A stretch of DNA of 64,000 nt, from positions 111,662,001 through 111,726,000 of the forward strand of contig OX597823.1 in assembly GCA_951406725.2 (NCBI GenBank). Reading direction: 5' to 3'. Position 1 is the first letter of the stretch. Each line of letters starts with the position of its first letter. The notes below the pieces were generated by a model, which searched no databases, was not told the DNA's origin, and saw only the letters and a program-made list of their open reading frames with translations. Made by a program: the position numbers and the translations under genes. Below are positions 1 to 13,516 of this stretch, in pieces. Origin of the DNA: Octopus vulgaris. Taxonomy: Eukaryota.

Positions 1-100
1 TACAAAGAATAAGTCCTGGGGTTGATTTGCTCGACTAAAGCCGATGCTCCAGCATGGCCACAGTCAATTGACTGAAACAAGTAAAAAGAGTAAAAGAGAG
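1..100 (+). mobile_element. 3' tail of tRNA-derived SINE family 1
   Basis: tacaaagaataagtcctgggg...ccagcatggccacagtcaattgactgaaacaagtaaaaaga matches the tail of the full copies at 38901-39317 and 42922-43328. Confidence 0.85.
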
Positions 101-576
101 AGGATTTCCCAATTGTGTAATCAGTTAAAGCCTGAATTTCATCATCAGTTTTTAAACTGTCACAAGCTCCTTATGAAGCAAGGCATTCACAGCCTTCAGA
201 GTGAATGGATTTGTATAATGGAAACTGAAAGAATCCTGCTCTTGTTGTATGTATGTGTGTGTGTCTGTGCATGTGCGTGTGCAATAGCTGTAAAGGATTA
301 ATCCCCATCATACAAGCAGTGTCCTTCGTTTCCAACAAACATCAGAGAATATATGCCTGGCCATGATGAAAAATTAATACTTTGCTTAGAAATGCGACGG
401 CTGGCAGCAGGAAGCGCATCCGTTTGTAGGGAATCTTCCTCAACAAATGCTGTCTGACTTATGCAAGCTTTGCAGAGTGGATGCTAAAATGATGGTGATG
501 GTGATGATGATGATGGTGATGATGATGATGATGATGATGATGATGGTGGTGGTGATGGTGGTGGTGGTGGTGGTGG

Positions 577-621
<45 letters not shown>

Positions 622-763
622 AGGTAGTGGTGGTGATGATGATGATGATTATTATGATGGTGATGATAATGATGATGAAAGCTCAATATCAAAGTCAATT
701 ATATTGTCTTTAACGTAGCATATTTGCGCTCAGTGTATTCCGTATAATAGCTCCATCTCCTTT

Positions 764-801
<38 letters not shown>

Positions 802-997
802 ACGTGTGCATGTATGTATTTTAAAATTTCCATTTAGATTGTGAATTGATGAAGATTGGACTGCTCTTTTCAGCACATCTGGCTTGAACATGCCATCTTA
901 AAGGCAGTGTAACTGACATCGATTTTGACATGGCAATAAATTAACGTACATACTTAGTATCACAAGAGATGGCTAGGTGAGCTGATTGGTGGACTGA

Positions 998-1332
998 GGT
1001 CTGTGACTGAATCACATCGATCTGTTATTTATTACTGACATCTGGGTAAACTGACTGTTTGTTGGTCTGTTGTTTCAGACTGAACCACATTGATTTGACA
1101 CCTATTATTGACACCTAGATTAACCAATTGATAGACTACGGTGTGTGACTGAACTATATTGATCTGTTATTTATTACTGACAGTTAGGTAAACTAACCGG
1201 TGGAGTGTTCCCTGAACCTAAACCACTTTGATCTAGCTCCCATTATTGACACCAAAATATGCTGACACACAACTGGTGTGTGACTGAAACGTATCAAACT
1301 GTTATTTATTACTGTCAGCTGGGTTAACTGAT
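998..1332 (+). repeat. Degenerate dispersed minisatellite (about 4 units)
   Basis: Recurring ggt(c/g)tgtgactgaa...gatctgttatt(t)tattactgaca...ggtaaact near 998, 1140 and 1275, with a weaker copy near 1075. Confidence 0.6.
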
Positions 1333-1376
1333 GCAATGTTAGTCTAAATATTTCTGCGCAGAAACTCAGTAAATTA

Positions 1377-1692
1377 CTTTGTTGTTTGTTGTTTGTTCCT
1401 TCTCGAGCCATGCCTGGCTCATAAGGGCCAGTTTCTCAGTTTCCTTGGCGTATAGGTTCCCCACCTGGACGGGACGCCGGTCCATCGCAGGTGAGCTGCA
1501 AGATGCAGGAGGAAAGAATGAGAGAAAGTTGTGGCGAAAGAGTCAGCAGAAGTTCGCCATTACCTTCTCCCGGAGCCGCATAGAGCTTAGGTGTTTTCAC
1601 TCATAAACACACACATCACCCGGTCTCAGATTTGAACCTGCGATCCCTCAACCGTGAGTCCACTGCTCTAACCACTAGGCCATGTGCCTCCA
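1377..1692 (-). mobile_element. tRNA-derived SINE family 3, full copy with 10-bp TSD
   Basis: Minus-strand head tggaggcacatggcctagtggttagagc (A box) ... ggttcaaatc (B box); TSD cagtaaatta at 1367-1376 and 1693-1702; sister copy at 43555-43863. Confidence 0.85.
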
Positions 1693-2254
1693 CAGTAAAT
1701 TATTTGCATTACACTGGTAACTTCTGACACAGGGCTTGGTACACACTGAAACCTACTTCCTCATAGCCATCATATTCTTGCATCTTCAGTAACCTAGCCA
1801 GTATTATTTACACATCAGTGTTACCATAGTATTTTGAGAAAATCTACTTTGCAAACGTTATTCCACAGTGTATATTCCTAAATGAAATTAAATCTTAAAA
1901 TAGAGAATTAATGTTCTTTAAATAACTAACAAGAAAAACATTAAAATTGTTAGCAAACATTAAAGAGCTTATTGAAGCTTATAATAGAAGTTGATTACTA
2001 AATAGTTTAGACTAAGATTATTGAAAATTGGCTAAATCCAATTTCTTCGTATCTAGTAACAATCATGGAAATAATGAGGATGCACAGTAAGATTTCAAAC
2101 TGAGTGAGAATTTAGAAGAAAAACTTGATTAATTTTTATTGTGAGACATGGGTGATGAGTGCAGAATAGCTACAGAATACTGGAAGATCTGTGGCAAGAG
2201 AAATGGATACGACCTGTTTGCTGTGCAATATCTCGCAATAACCCGAACCATTAA

Positions 2255-2473
2255 CCCTTTCATTACCATCTTTCTGTTGAGATACTCTGTGTTTCTTTCA
2301 ATTAATTTTAAATATAACAAAGAATTATTAGAATAATGTAGTCATCATTAAGCGAGTGTTGGGAACAAATTGTGACTAAGATTTGGTGGAAGATTTTAAT
2401 TCAGATCTTTTGAAAACAAGACATTTGTATTACAGAGCCAGAGGCGGTTTCAGGCGGGCTGGTATCAAAAGGG
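2255..2473. mobile_element. piggyBac-like MITE (TTAA target, CCCTTT...AAAGGG termini)
   Basis: ttaa|cccttt at 2251-2260 and aaaggg|ttaa at 2468-2477; second copy in the opposite orientation at 27681-28100. Confidence 0.8.
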
Positions 2474-3279
2474 TTAAATATGTCATGTTAATGTCTACAG
2501 ACAGCATAGAGTGAGAAAACACCAAGTCGACGAGGGATCTTCTACATGGTCGGTCGACTTGCTAGAAATAGAAACCAAATCTCCTTCAAATCACACTATT
2601 GTTTTAGAAAAGTGGAAGTTTGTACACTCCATAGATATTGAGGAGGAATAAAATGAAATATGGATATGTTCACCAATAACATAATGGTAAAACAATAACA
2701 TAACGCTTGGTATACAGAACATGGTACTTTTACTGTTAGACTGCTTTTGATTCTTGGGATGTATCATCAAAGCTGAGTTGGGGGCTAAACAGCAACAACA
2801 GTAACATTAAGACAACCTGGTGGAACAAATGTTGATAGAAGTGAAGTCAGTGTATAAAAGAAGAATAGTTGTACTTGCTTTGAACTGTGAAGTGACCATA
2901 GAATATGACATCTGGGTGAGAAATGTCTATGAACTGACCAAGAGAGACTTTTATGGCAGAGCAAGATGAATGAATAAATCAAAGGAAGTGTGACATCTGA
3001 TGTCAGGCTTTTCACTGGTGTGAGAGTAAAAGGTTGAGAGGAATTGTGATACGATGTGTTTGCAGACCTTTCCAACCAGTAGCAACTTAGACAGGAAAAA
3101 TAATGCAGTAATGATGATGATGATGAAGAAGATGAGGTGGTGGTGGTGTGTGTGTGCATGTATATGTGCATGTGTGTATCTGTGTGTGGAGGTATATAAC
3201 TAATTAAGATGTAATTAGCATAAAAGCCATTCACTATTTCAATAATACAGCCATACATAATTACTGGTATTTATGTTTT

Positions 3280-3383
3280 GCACGGCATCTTTGGCAAGTG
3301 TCTTCTACTCTAGTCTCAGGCCGACCAAAGACTTGTTAGTGGATTTGGTAGACTGAAACTGAAAGAAGCCCGTCATATATATG

Positions 3384-3414
<31 letters not shown>

Positions 3415-3637
3415 GTGTGTATATGTTTGTGTGTCTGTGTTTGTCCCCCCAACATCACTTGACAATCGATGCTTGTGTGTTTAGGTCACTGTAGCTTAAT
3501 GGGTCAGCAAAAGAGACCGATAGAATAAGTACTAGACTTACAAAGAATAAGTCCTGGGGTCAATTTTCTCAACTAAAGATGGTACTCCAGCATGGCCACA
3601 GTCAAATGACTGAAACAAGTAAAAGAGTAAAAGAGTA
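3280..3637 (+). mobile_element. SINE family 1, 5'-truncated
   Basis: ggcaagtgtcttctac...ggatttggtagactgaaactgaaagaagcccgtc, internal (TA)/(TG) tract, tail gtcaaatgactgaaacaagtaaaaga. Confidence 0.85.
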
Positions 3638-3639
3638 AT

Positions 3640-3686
<47 letters not shown>

Positions 3687-3746
3687 TACATATATATTTA
3701 TATATATGAATATAAATACATATACACACACACACATATATATATA

Positions 3747-3949
3747 TATACAATAATATGTTACGTTACTCGATAGTCAAGATAAAACTGATAACCGAAG
3801 AGATGGTGTTGTGGATTTCCACTTCGGCATCTGAAACTCAGAGTTTTATCTTGACTATCGAGTAATGTAAAATATTATTGTATAGATAAATTTCCTCTAT
3901 TTACATAATATTGAGGTCTCTTTCTTTCTTTTGTTATCTTACTGTTTTA

Positions 3950-3953
<4 letters not shown>
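3747..3953 (+). mobile_element. TA-embedded element with 43-bp inverted arms and a degenerate hammerhead-like motif (Penelope pLTR-like)
   Basis: Arms 3747-3789 and 3842-3884 (about 2 mismatches); between and overlapping them GATAA-CCGAAGA-GATG..CATC-T-GAAA-CTCAGAGT-T-TTATC. Confidence 0.55.
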
Positions 3954-4009
<56 letters not shown>

Positions 4010-4120
4010 TATATATATATATAGTAACCCCTCACTCTGACATCAAGCTATACAGCTAAGAGCTTCTCCATATGTGAATTGTGAGATTTTGCTGGCATCA
4101 TAACTGATGTCACTGTTATC

Positions 4121-4310
4121 CATCATCATCATTTAACATTTGTTGTCCATTCTGGCATGGGTTTGGATGGTCTGACCAGAGCTGGCAAGCTGGGGAGTTG
4201 CACCAGACTCCAGTTTGATTCAGCATAATTTCTATGGTGGGATGCCCTTCTTAACACCAACCACCTTATGGAGTGTGCTGGATGCTTTTACATTTCACTG
4301 CATGGGTGCT
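4121..4310 (-). mobile_element. SINE/LINE 3' end finishing in (GAT)n (probably RTE-type tail)
   Basis: Minus strand ggttggtgttaagaagggcatcc...cccatgccagaatggacaacaaatgttaaatgatgatg; same family as 6640-6930 and 27880-28090. Confidence 0.7.
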
Positions 4311-4386
4311 TTTATATAAATATAAGTAAATGGCAAGTTATTCTCTGATATAATGTCATTCATCACAGTTCTTAATGGTTAAAGAC

Positions 4387-4979
4387 TTATTTCTTTACTA
4401 CCCACAAGGGGTTAAACACAGAGGGGACAAACAAGGACAGACAAACGGATTAAGTCGATCACATCGACCCCAGTGCATAACTGGCACTTAATTTATCGCC
4501 CCCGAATGGATGAAAGGCAAAGTCAACCTCGGTGGAATTTGAACTCAGAACGTAGCAGCAGAAGAAATACCTATATCTTTACTACCCACAAGGGGCTAAA
4601 CACAGAGGGGCCAAACAAGGACAAACAAACGGATTAAGTCGATTATATCGACCCCAGTGCATAACTGCTCCTTAATTTATCGACCCCGAAAGGATGAAAG
4701 GTAAAGTCGACCTCGGCCGAATTTGAACTCAGAACATAAAGACAGACGAAATACCTATTTCTTTACTACCCACAAGGGGTTAAACACAGAGGGGACAAAC
4801 AAGGACAGACAAACGGATTAAGTTGATTACATTGACCCCAGTGCGTAACTGACACTTAATTTATCGACCTCGAAAGAATGAAAGGCAAAGTCGACCTCGG
4901 CGGAATTTGAACTCAGAACATAACGGCAGACGAAATACGGCTATGCATTTCACCCGGCATGCTAACGTTTCTGCCAGCT
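4387..4979 (-). mobile_element. tRNA-derived SINE family 2 as a head-to-tail trimer (184-bp period)
   Basis: tttactacccacaagggg starts at 4394, 4578 and 4762; only the unit ending at about 4979 has the A-box head. Confidence 0.85.
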
Positions 4980-5620
4980 GACAGTACAGCACGTCTCTGG
5001 TAGACTGGGTCACACCAAAGGTGAATGTTGGGAATGGTAAGAGACTTATGATATTGACTGTTCCTGTAGTTTACCAGTGACTAGATTATAATGAAACTTC
5101 TGCTCAGGTGTATCTAAAAAACTTTTCTGGTGGCTATTATACTTTTTCTAGACTCACAAGTATATTCTCTTGCTGTTGCTGTATATCTTAGAAAAGTAAT
5201 TAATGGTTTAAAAACACGAAAGAATTCAATTAAATTAAAGATCTATAATATGTTTCTTATCAACCAGCTAATGTATTTGGAATTATATTCCTTCTATACT
5301 TATCAGGGTATATTCTAAAAACTTGGAATTTAAATCAGTTTGTATGAAGATTTTGGGAAAAGCTGAAAATGATAAGAAATTCTGCAAAGTTTAGTTTTAT
5401 GAATTTGTTACCATTCACAGATAATCTTCTCAATTGCATGCACCATCTTTTTTTTACATTTTTGCAAATAATATGCATTACTGGATGTATATGAACAATT
5501 ACATATAGACATGTACAAACAGATGCACACAAACATTTCGCTACACATGCACTCACATGCATACACACATGCACACGCATATTTGTATATGATGGAACAT
5601 GGCAAAGTGGTTACAGCGTT

Positions 5621-6015
5621 CGTTTCTACTCTAGGCACAAGGCCTGACATTTTTGGGAAGGGGGCCAGTCAATTAGATCGACTCCAGTATGCAACTGGTA
5701 CTTAATTTATCGACCCTGAAAGGATGAAAGGCAAAGTCGACCTCAGCGGAATTTGAACTCAGAACATAAAGACAGACGAAATACCTATATCTTTACTACC
5801 CACAAGGGGCTAAACACAGAGGGGACAAACAACGACAGACAAACGGATTAAGTTGATTACATCGATCCCAGTGCGTAACTGGTTCTTAACTTATCAACCC
5901 CTAAAGGATGAAAGGCAAAGTTGACCTCAGCGGTATTTGAACTCAGGACATAAAGACAGATGAAATACCACTAAGCGTTTCACCCAGTGTGCTAATGTTT
6001 CTGCCAGCTCACCGC
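5621..6015 (-). mobile_element. SINE family 2 dimer inserted in the left arm of an inverted duplication
   Basis: Two gaatttgaactcag/gtatttgaactcag units; gcgtt at 5616-5620 and 6014-6018 as likely TSD; empty site visible in the inverted copy near 7537-7552. Confidence 0.8.
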
Positions 6016-6309
6016 GTTGCACTTATGCTCAGAAGATTGCAGCTTATATTCCTTGACTGATCGATATATTTTGTTCTTGAACAAAGCACTTCATTTCACA
6101 TTGTTCTGTGATCACTTGGACATCGGACATGTGACATAATGTGCACCATTACAGAGAATCTTGACTCTGAAGGGGGAAGTGAACTCATGTACAGCAGAAA
6201 CATTTCATCACCTATCAAGGTACTTCAGCAGGAAACTGTGGAACCTTAATCTGGCATCTATGATAGGAAAGTCTAACACACACACACACATCCCATTTAT
6301 ATTCTGATT

Positions 6310-6930
6310 CCCATCCCTTGTGAGTATGCCCGGCATTTTGCCACCATCACTTTCCTGCTCTTTCTTGCATTCCTACTGTCTCCCACTCTCTCCCTCTCCT
6401 TCTGCTCTTTTGGGTAACCATGCATCACCTTTACAGCAGCCCACCTGTCTCTGTCCTCATTTGTGTCTCCCTTTCTCTCTCTCACTCTCTCTCCAGCCAG
6501 GTAACCATGTACCGCCCCTACAGCAAGACGTCTGCTCCTGTCTCTATGACTCACAATAACCTTTCATCATCTGACACAAGGTCACCTTCCCCAATGTCTG
6601 CTTCCCTCTCAAAAAATCTTTATCTTGCAAGTTACAAGGTGACCCTGCCAATGCTGGTGCCACTTAGAAAACATTCAGCCACATTATAAAGTGGTTGGCA
6701 TTTAGAAAGGCGTTCACCTGTAAAAACCATACTAAACTGACCTCACCTATGCTTGAGCCATGTAAAAAAAGCTCTCAGTCCACTCAGTTTGGTGGTTGGT
6801 GTTAGGAAGGGCATCCAACCGTAAGAACCCTGTCACAGACACAGAAGTCTGGTACAGGCCCCAGCCTGGCCAGCTCCTGTCAAACTGCCCAACCCATTGT
6901 CAGCACAGAAGGCACCTGTTAAACAATTAT
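6310..6930 (+). mobile_element. (GAT)n-tailed SINE/LINE 3' end followed by a (GAT)n tract
   Basis: ggttggtgttaggaagggcatccaaccgtaagaacc...ccaacccattgtcagcacagaaggcacctgttaaac then (gat)n; the 5' boundary is approximate. Confidence 0.6.
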
Positions 6931-6951
6931 GATAATGATGATGACGATGAC

Positions 6952-6986
<35 letters not shown>

Positions 6987-7687
6987 CGATGACGATGATG
7001 ATGATGATATATATATATATATATATGTGTGTGTGTCTACAGTCGAAAGACGCCTGTTTTTATGTCCTGTTATTATTATTATTATTTTATTTTGTATTAT
7101 TTTTGTATTTATATTCGTGTAACATCGTCCGTTTTTCCGTCTTTATTCTATATACATTCAATCCTCTTTCCAAGGAATCAAATACTCTTAGCTTAGTTTT
7201 TCCTTGCGGCTGGCCAGATTAGAGCAATCTCAAGATTAATCAGCCGAAATTGCAAGGATGATCCGGTTCTTGACTGAAGATTAAAGGCTTTGAATGACCC
7301 ATCCGTGTTTTTTGTATCATCTATCTGGATGTTTTGCGTTCTTGACCTCTTTTGTATTTTATATATATATATGAATTAGAGAAGAACCACCATGTAGCAA
7401 TTCTCTGGAATGGTGCACATTATGTCACATGTCCGATGTCCAAGTGATCGCAGAACAGTGTGAAATGAAGTGCTTTCTTCAAGAATGAAATATATCGATC
7501 AGTCAAGGAATATAAACAACAATCTTCTGAGCATAAGTGCAACACTGGAACCATTTGGCCATGTTCCATCAAATACAAATATGCAAATACGTGTGTGCTT
7601 GTGTGTGTGTAGTGAGATGTTTGTGTGCATCTGTTTGTACGTGTCTATATTTAATCGTTCATATTCCCTATTAATATTATTATTATT

Positions 7688-7795
<108 letters not shown>

Positions 7796-7816
7796 ATTAT
7801 TATTATTATTATTATT

Positions 7817-7915
<99 letters not shown>

Positions 7916-8759
7916 TTGTAAATAGTAAGGGCTTACTCTAAATGTTTACCGGTTGGCTCTCTCAGTTAGGTATTCAAAACAGGTTATTCCACAGTTAATA
8001 TATAAATCCAATAATATTCTAATATGATAAGAATTTAGAGATATATTCTGTTGGATAATTTTTAATATATTGCCTTTACTATATAGGTTTCATGGAATAT
8101 ATGATATCAACAATAATAATAATAAGGATTGTTATGAAATTGCTTAGCATTATCTTCAATTATTTTTATGTATATACAGCTTTACATAGACCTACATATG
8201 TTTCATGCAGGGACCTTGAAAAATTTTTAGTCTAAAGAATTGATTTCAGTATTTAATTTTGTTAAGCTTGGTACTTATCCTATTGGTCACTTTTTACCAA
8301 ACCTCTACATGACTCGGAAATTACACACACCAACAACAGTTGTCAAGCAGTGGTGGGGTGCAAGCACAGACACACACATACAATGGGCTTCTTTCGGTTT
8401 CTGTCTATCAAATCTATTCGCAAGGTTTTACACAACTCATGGCTATCATAGAAAACACTTGTCCAAGGTGCCATGCTGTGGGACTGAACCTCGAACCATG
8501 TGGTTAGGAAGTAAACTTCTTACCTCACAGCCTTGCCTGCACTGGTTGAAAGTTAAATTTCCAGCATTCTGATATAGGTTTTTGTTATTTCATTCAAATC
8601 CTTGAACACTAGTTCATTTCCAAGCACGTGTTGTTCAGGGGACAGCTGTCCAAGGATCTAAAATTACAGAATTTTGGAGAATATTCAAAATATTGCTATT
8701 TTTCATTGTGACTGAAAAATATAATTGACTCTATATTAGGGAGTCAACTATAGCTAACT

Positions 8760-9230
8760 TTAACCATATTTCTTTAGAAGATCTTATAGTATTTTTGTGA
8801 ATATGGAAAGTGGTTATCTGTTAGTTTCAGAAATTTTCTAGCTACATTAGTGGCTACATTCATACAATATGGATAATTATACCATAAGATTTTCCTCTAC
8901 CTACATATTCTTGGTCTTATCTACATTCAGTTGTCTATCTACATTTGGTTCAATGTAATTTGTGCAACTCTTAAAGTTGGATCTTTCTCATGCAGTTTTG
9001 TAGTATGGCAAAGCCTTTTTAAAAGTGGCTTTCTCACTGAATAGATTGGAAATGCATCTGACAATGCTGTTAATGAATTGTTTTATGATAGATTGTGGGT
9101 GGTTAGAACTTATATTGATGTATAACGTACCCTCATTTAGTTTATGGTAGTGTTTGAACTTGCCTTTACTAAGTTTCAAGTTAATGCTTAGGAAATTAAT
9201 TTAAGGTTACTGTAGTTCTTAGATTTAATT
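8760..9230 (-). pseudogene. Penelope-like element RT C-terminal remnant
   Basis: ORF 8988..9179: KHYHKLNEGTLYINISSNHPQSIIKQFINSIVRCISNLFSEKATFKKALPYY resembles the Penelope post-RT motif (YRKP..YI...SNHP..IIK.....RIS..SS...F....PYY). Confidence 0.75.
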
Positions 9231-9329
9231 GGCTAAACAGCAGTAGAGATAGAGCAACATTTATCTGATCTGATATAGTAGATTTTTACTAGTCTATATT
9301 GAAGGACGTTGCTAAGGTCTACACTGAGA

Positions 9330-9900
9330 TTATGAATGACAACGTTAGCACCATACAGGCAAGAAAAAATCCTGCTCTTCAACAGCAGGTCAGCCTAGTT
9401 CAATTAAGCTGACCAGAAGACTCGTTCAATGTAATGATGGGGGCGGTGCATTGAACAGAGCTGACGTGCGTGACCTCATTGATTTCTTTTCATCCTGGAT
9501 TACTAATTTAAAAGATCCCCTCAACTAGGCTTGGTCTTGCAGAGATAAAGCTTTGGCAATGTTGAAATGGATAAACAGCTACACACTTGTTAAGCTTAAA
9601 AAATACTTCACCCAAACTCCGGATATTTTTAGACTCGAGTTACTATAGTCAAAATGTGGAAATGGCTGATTTCTTCAATGTTATCTTAAGCTTAAGCTTA
9701 AAACTGGTGCTTATAAACCCTTTAGAAAACCAGATGAGGGATTCATATATATTGATACAATTTCCTGTTATGCTGCCAAAGTGTTTAGGAACTTAGTTCA
9801 GTGGAACAGCAGAAGAATTTTCAACCTGTCTTTGAGTTAAAAGATTTTTGACAACATGACCCCATACTACAATGAGGCCATGGCCAAGAACAGATTTTTC
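9330..9900 (+). pseudogene. Degraded Penelope-like RT core
   Basis: Frameshifted relics in the expected order: FNVMMG (about 9425), RADVRDLI (GAEVCDLVG-like), decayed GLYRDD (about 9534), DFFNVIL (DFLDV-like), YKPFRKP (about 9712), PYYNEA (about 9863). Confidence 0.6.
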
Positions 9901-10411
9901 CAGTCCTATCCACATGAATACAGATATGAATTTGGATGTCACTGAACCACAATATGAACATGAACATTAGGGTTTCCATCAGCTGAATTTCCAATTACCA
10001 CAATCCGAGTGGCATAAGGTTTACCACATACAGCTTGTTACACACATACACATTTATATGGATGCACCCTCCTCCCAACCCCACTGTATTCTCACTTCTT
10101 GCACACATCAACCGCATCTGACCCACACCCTAGTTCCAATTACATTTTACAGGCATTTATCGCATACGTTACGATGGCACAGTCTGATCCCTATGCAAGG
10201 GACACAACTCTAACAGTTATTCTCATGATCTTTTTTCATTCTGGTTTCCATAGCACATCTGTAAACCAAATGTAACACTCTGTGATCTCTAGTGGCAAAA
10301 AGTGCATGGAATAATATTTTTACAAGACTTCTGATAGTCTTCCAAAATTATTGTGTACAAAACCTATTGCAAAATCAGCTGAAATTGGTCAGCATATACT
10401 TACACACATCC

Positions 10412-10475
<64 letters not shown>

Positions 10476-10719
10476 GTTTGGAGACAAACACTTTCCTCTC
10501 TGGTCAATCTCTCATCAACTTCTTCAAGTACCACTTGAAAAGGAAAGTGAGAGTAGAGAGGCAAGTTTTGTCTAGCGAATGTTTTAAAAAAAGATGGGTG
10601 AATGTAGCAAGGATGGCACGTATGAATGACGAAGCCACCTTGAGCATAATCCTATGAACCCAGAAATTGAAAACAGAGGGTTACCCACTTGCAAACAAAT
10701 GTGGTAACATATAACAATA

Positions 10720-11109
10720 TTGACCAAGGTTACCGTGGTCTTTTTCGTAGGCTTTTCTTCACACGGATAAACCTTACTTGCTTTCCCTTTACACCATATA
10801 TCATAACACTGTGATACACGATCCCTATTGATCGTTCTTTTTTTCCTCTTCCCCTTTTTTCTTCTTTTTTCATTTCTCTTTCCTTTTGTTCCTTTCCCTT
10901 TTCTTTTTTTTTCTTTTTATTCTTTTTATTTTATTCAATTTTTTTTTGTTTTTGTTCTTTTCTTCCCTTTTACGATCCCTCTTGATCGAAAACCTACGCC
11001 ACCCCCTTTTTTTTCTTTTGTTTTTTGTTCTCTTCATCCCCCAAAAGAAAAGCTCTACCTTGTAACTTGTCCCATCTGTGTGCAGCCCTGTGTGGCCAAT
11101 AAAGAAACT
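10720..11109 (+). mobile_element. Probable LINE 3' UTR ending in AATAAA before a (TATC)n tract
   Basis: Pyrimidine-rich stretch, internal duplication acgatccct(a/c)ttgatcg, end tgtcccatctgtgtgcagccctgtgtggccaataaagaaac similar to the SINE family 2 tail. Clade (Tx1/L1-like) is a guess. Confidence 0.5.
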
Positions 11110-11120
11110 TATCTATCTGT

Positions 11121-11217
<97 letters not shown>

Positions 11218-11238
11218 CATCCATCCATCTATCTATCT

Positions 11239-11276
<38 letters not shown>

Positions 11277-11277
11277 C

Positions 11278-11351
<74 letters not shown>

Positions 11352-12454
11352 TAACTTCTCACTCTCACTATATATCTCTCTATATATTTTACAAGTGAGT
11401 GAACAAACAAAAGAAAGTAGCACTTAGAACATTTGGGAGGAGTTACGTATATGTTTGAAAACAGTTTGACTTGGGTCCATGAGGCTTGGAGTGTGGGGGG
11501 CATGTGGGATACAAGGAGCTGCCTTTGCTTCAAGCATCTGGGGAGACAAATGTCCTTTACACAACCAAGAGGCATTGTGCCATGTGGAGTCAAACAATTA
11601 TTAAATATATGTGTGTGTATACATTAATATCTGTCTATAGACACATACATGTGTCTGTGTATATATATACACACACATATATATGTGTGTGTGTGTATCT
11701 ATGCATATGTATGTATAAGTATTTATATATATATGTCTATATACATGTATATATATGTATATATGTGTATATATATGGATATATATACATACATATATAT
11801 ATATATATTATATATATATATATATACACTCACACAACACACACACATATATATATATATATTTACTTATCTATTGAAACTTAGTGTTTGTCATGTGATT
11901 TGAGTTTCATGCGATAAACTATAAATTTTAAGAGTGTCTCTTTTAAAGCCAAATTTGTTATAATTCAATATTCCAATCAGTCAGATCCTCGTCATAAGAT
12001 TTTAGACATGAAATGCAATTTCGGCAGGTTTCAAAGAAAATAAACTCTCTTGGTCACTCTGACCCATGTGTGTAGCACATACCATAACAGAATAATTCAA
12101 ATTTGCTGAATCACTCCACTGGCCATAACATATAATTGCAAAAACCTTTTTTTTCCTCATGTCTTTTATAACTGTGGGGTCTGGTATCAACAGCAGTCAG
12201 TCAGCAAATCGGAATGGTCCATTCATTCATGCGCATTTTTGGCAATTCTGTTTTTTATATCTGAGCTGCTGGGAAGAAATTCTTTTGAGAAACAATCAGT
12301 CGTTCTTTGCTTTTTCTCTATTTTCCCAGCATTTCGGTTATGGTGTGTGAGTATGATACACTTTTCATATTGCAAGAAAATAGAGTATACACACACACAC
12401 ATACATATTTATACATACATACATACATACATACATGCATATATATATATATGC

Positions 12455-12537
<83 letters not shown>

Positions 12538-12544
12538 CATATGC

Positions 12545-13374
<830 letters not shown>

Positions 13375-13395
13375 ATATAAATATATATATATATA

Positions 13396-13465
13396 TAATA
13401 GAAATATTAAAATTACTAAGTCTCTCTCAAGGAGATTACGGCAGCGTTACTGGATATTTTAATAG

Positions 13466-13469
<4 letters not shown>
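13396..13469 (-). repeat. Diverged fragment of the 363-nt unit
   Basis: taatagaaatattaaaattactaagtctctctcaaggagattacggcagcgttactggata resembles 12670-12740. Confidence 0.7.

Positions 13470-13516
<47 letters not shown>

Larger units (their letters stand above)
5488..7666. repeat. Inverted duplication of about 260 bp (5488-5620 plus 6016-6150 versus 7409-7666)
   Basis: gttgcacttatgctcagaagattg...aatgtgcaccatt is the reverse complement of aatggtgcacattatg...cttctgagcataagtgcaac; the match continues across the SINE to atatgaacaattacatatagac. Confidence 0.8.

Noticed and set aside
447-713. Poly-M/V/H ORFs here and similar ones at 28.3-28.9, 30.2-30.7, 44.1-45.7 and 56.8-57.4 kb
   Set aside because: Translations of (GAT)/(GGT) microsatellites that lack stops in some frames; no domain content.
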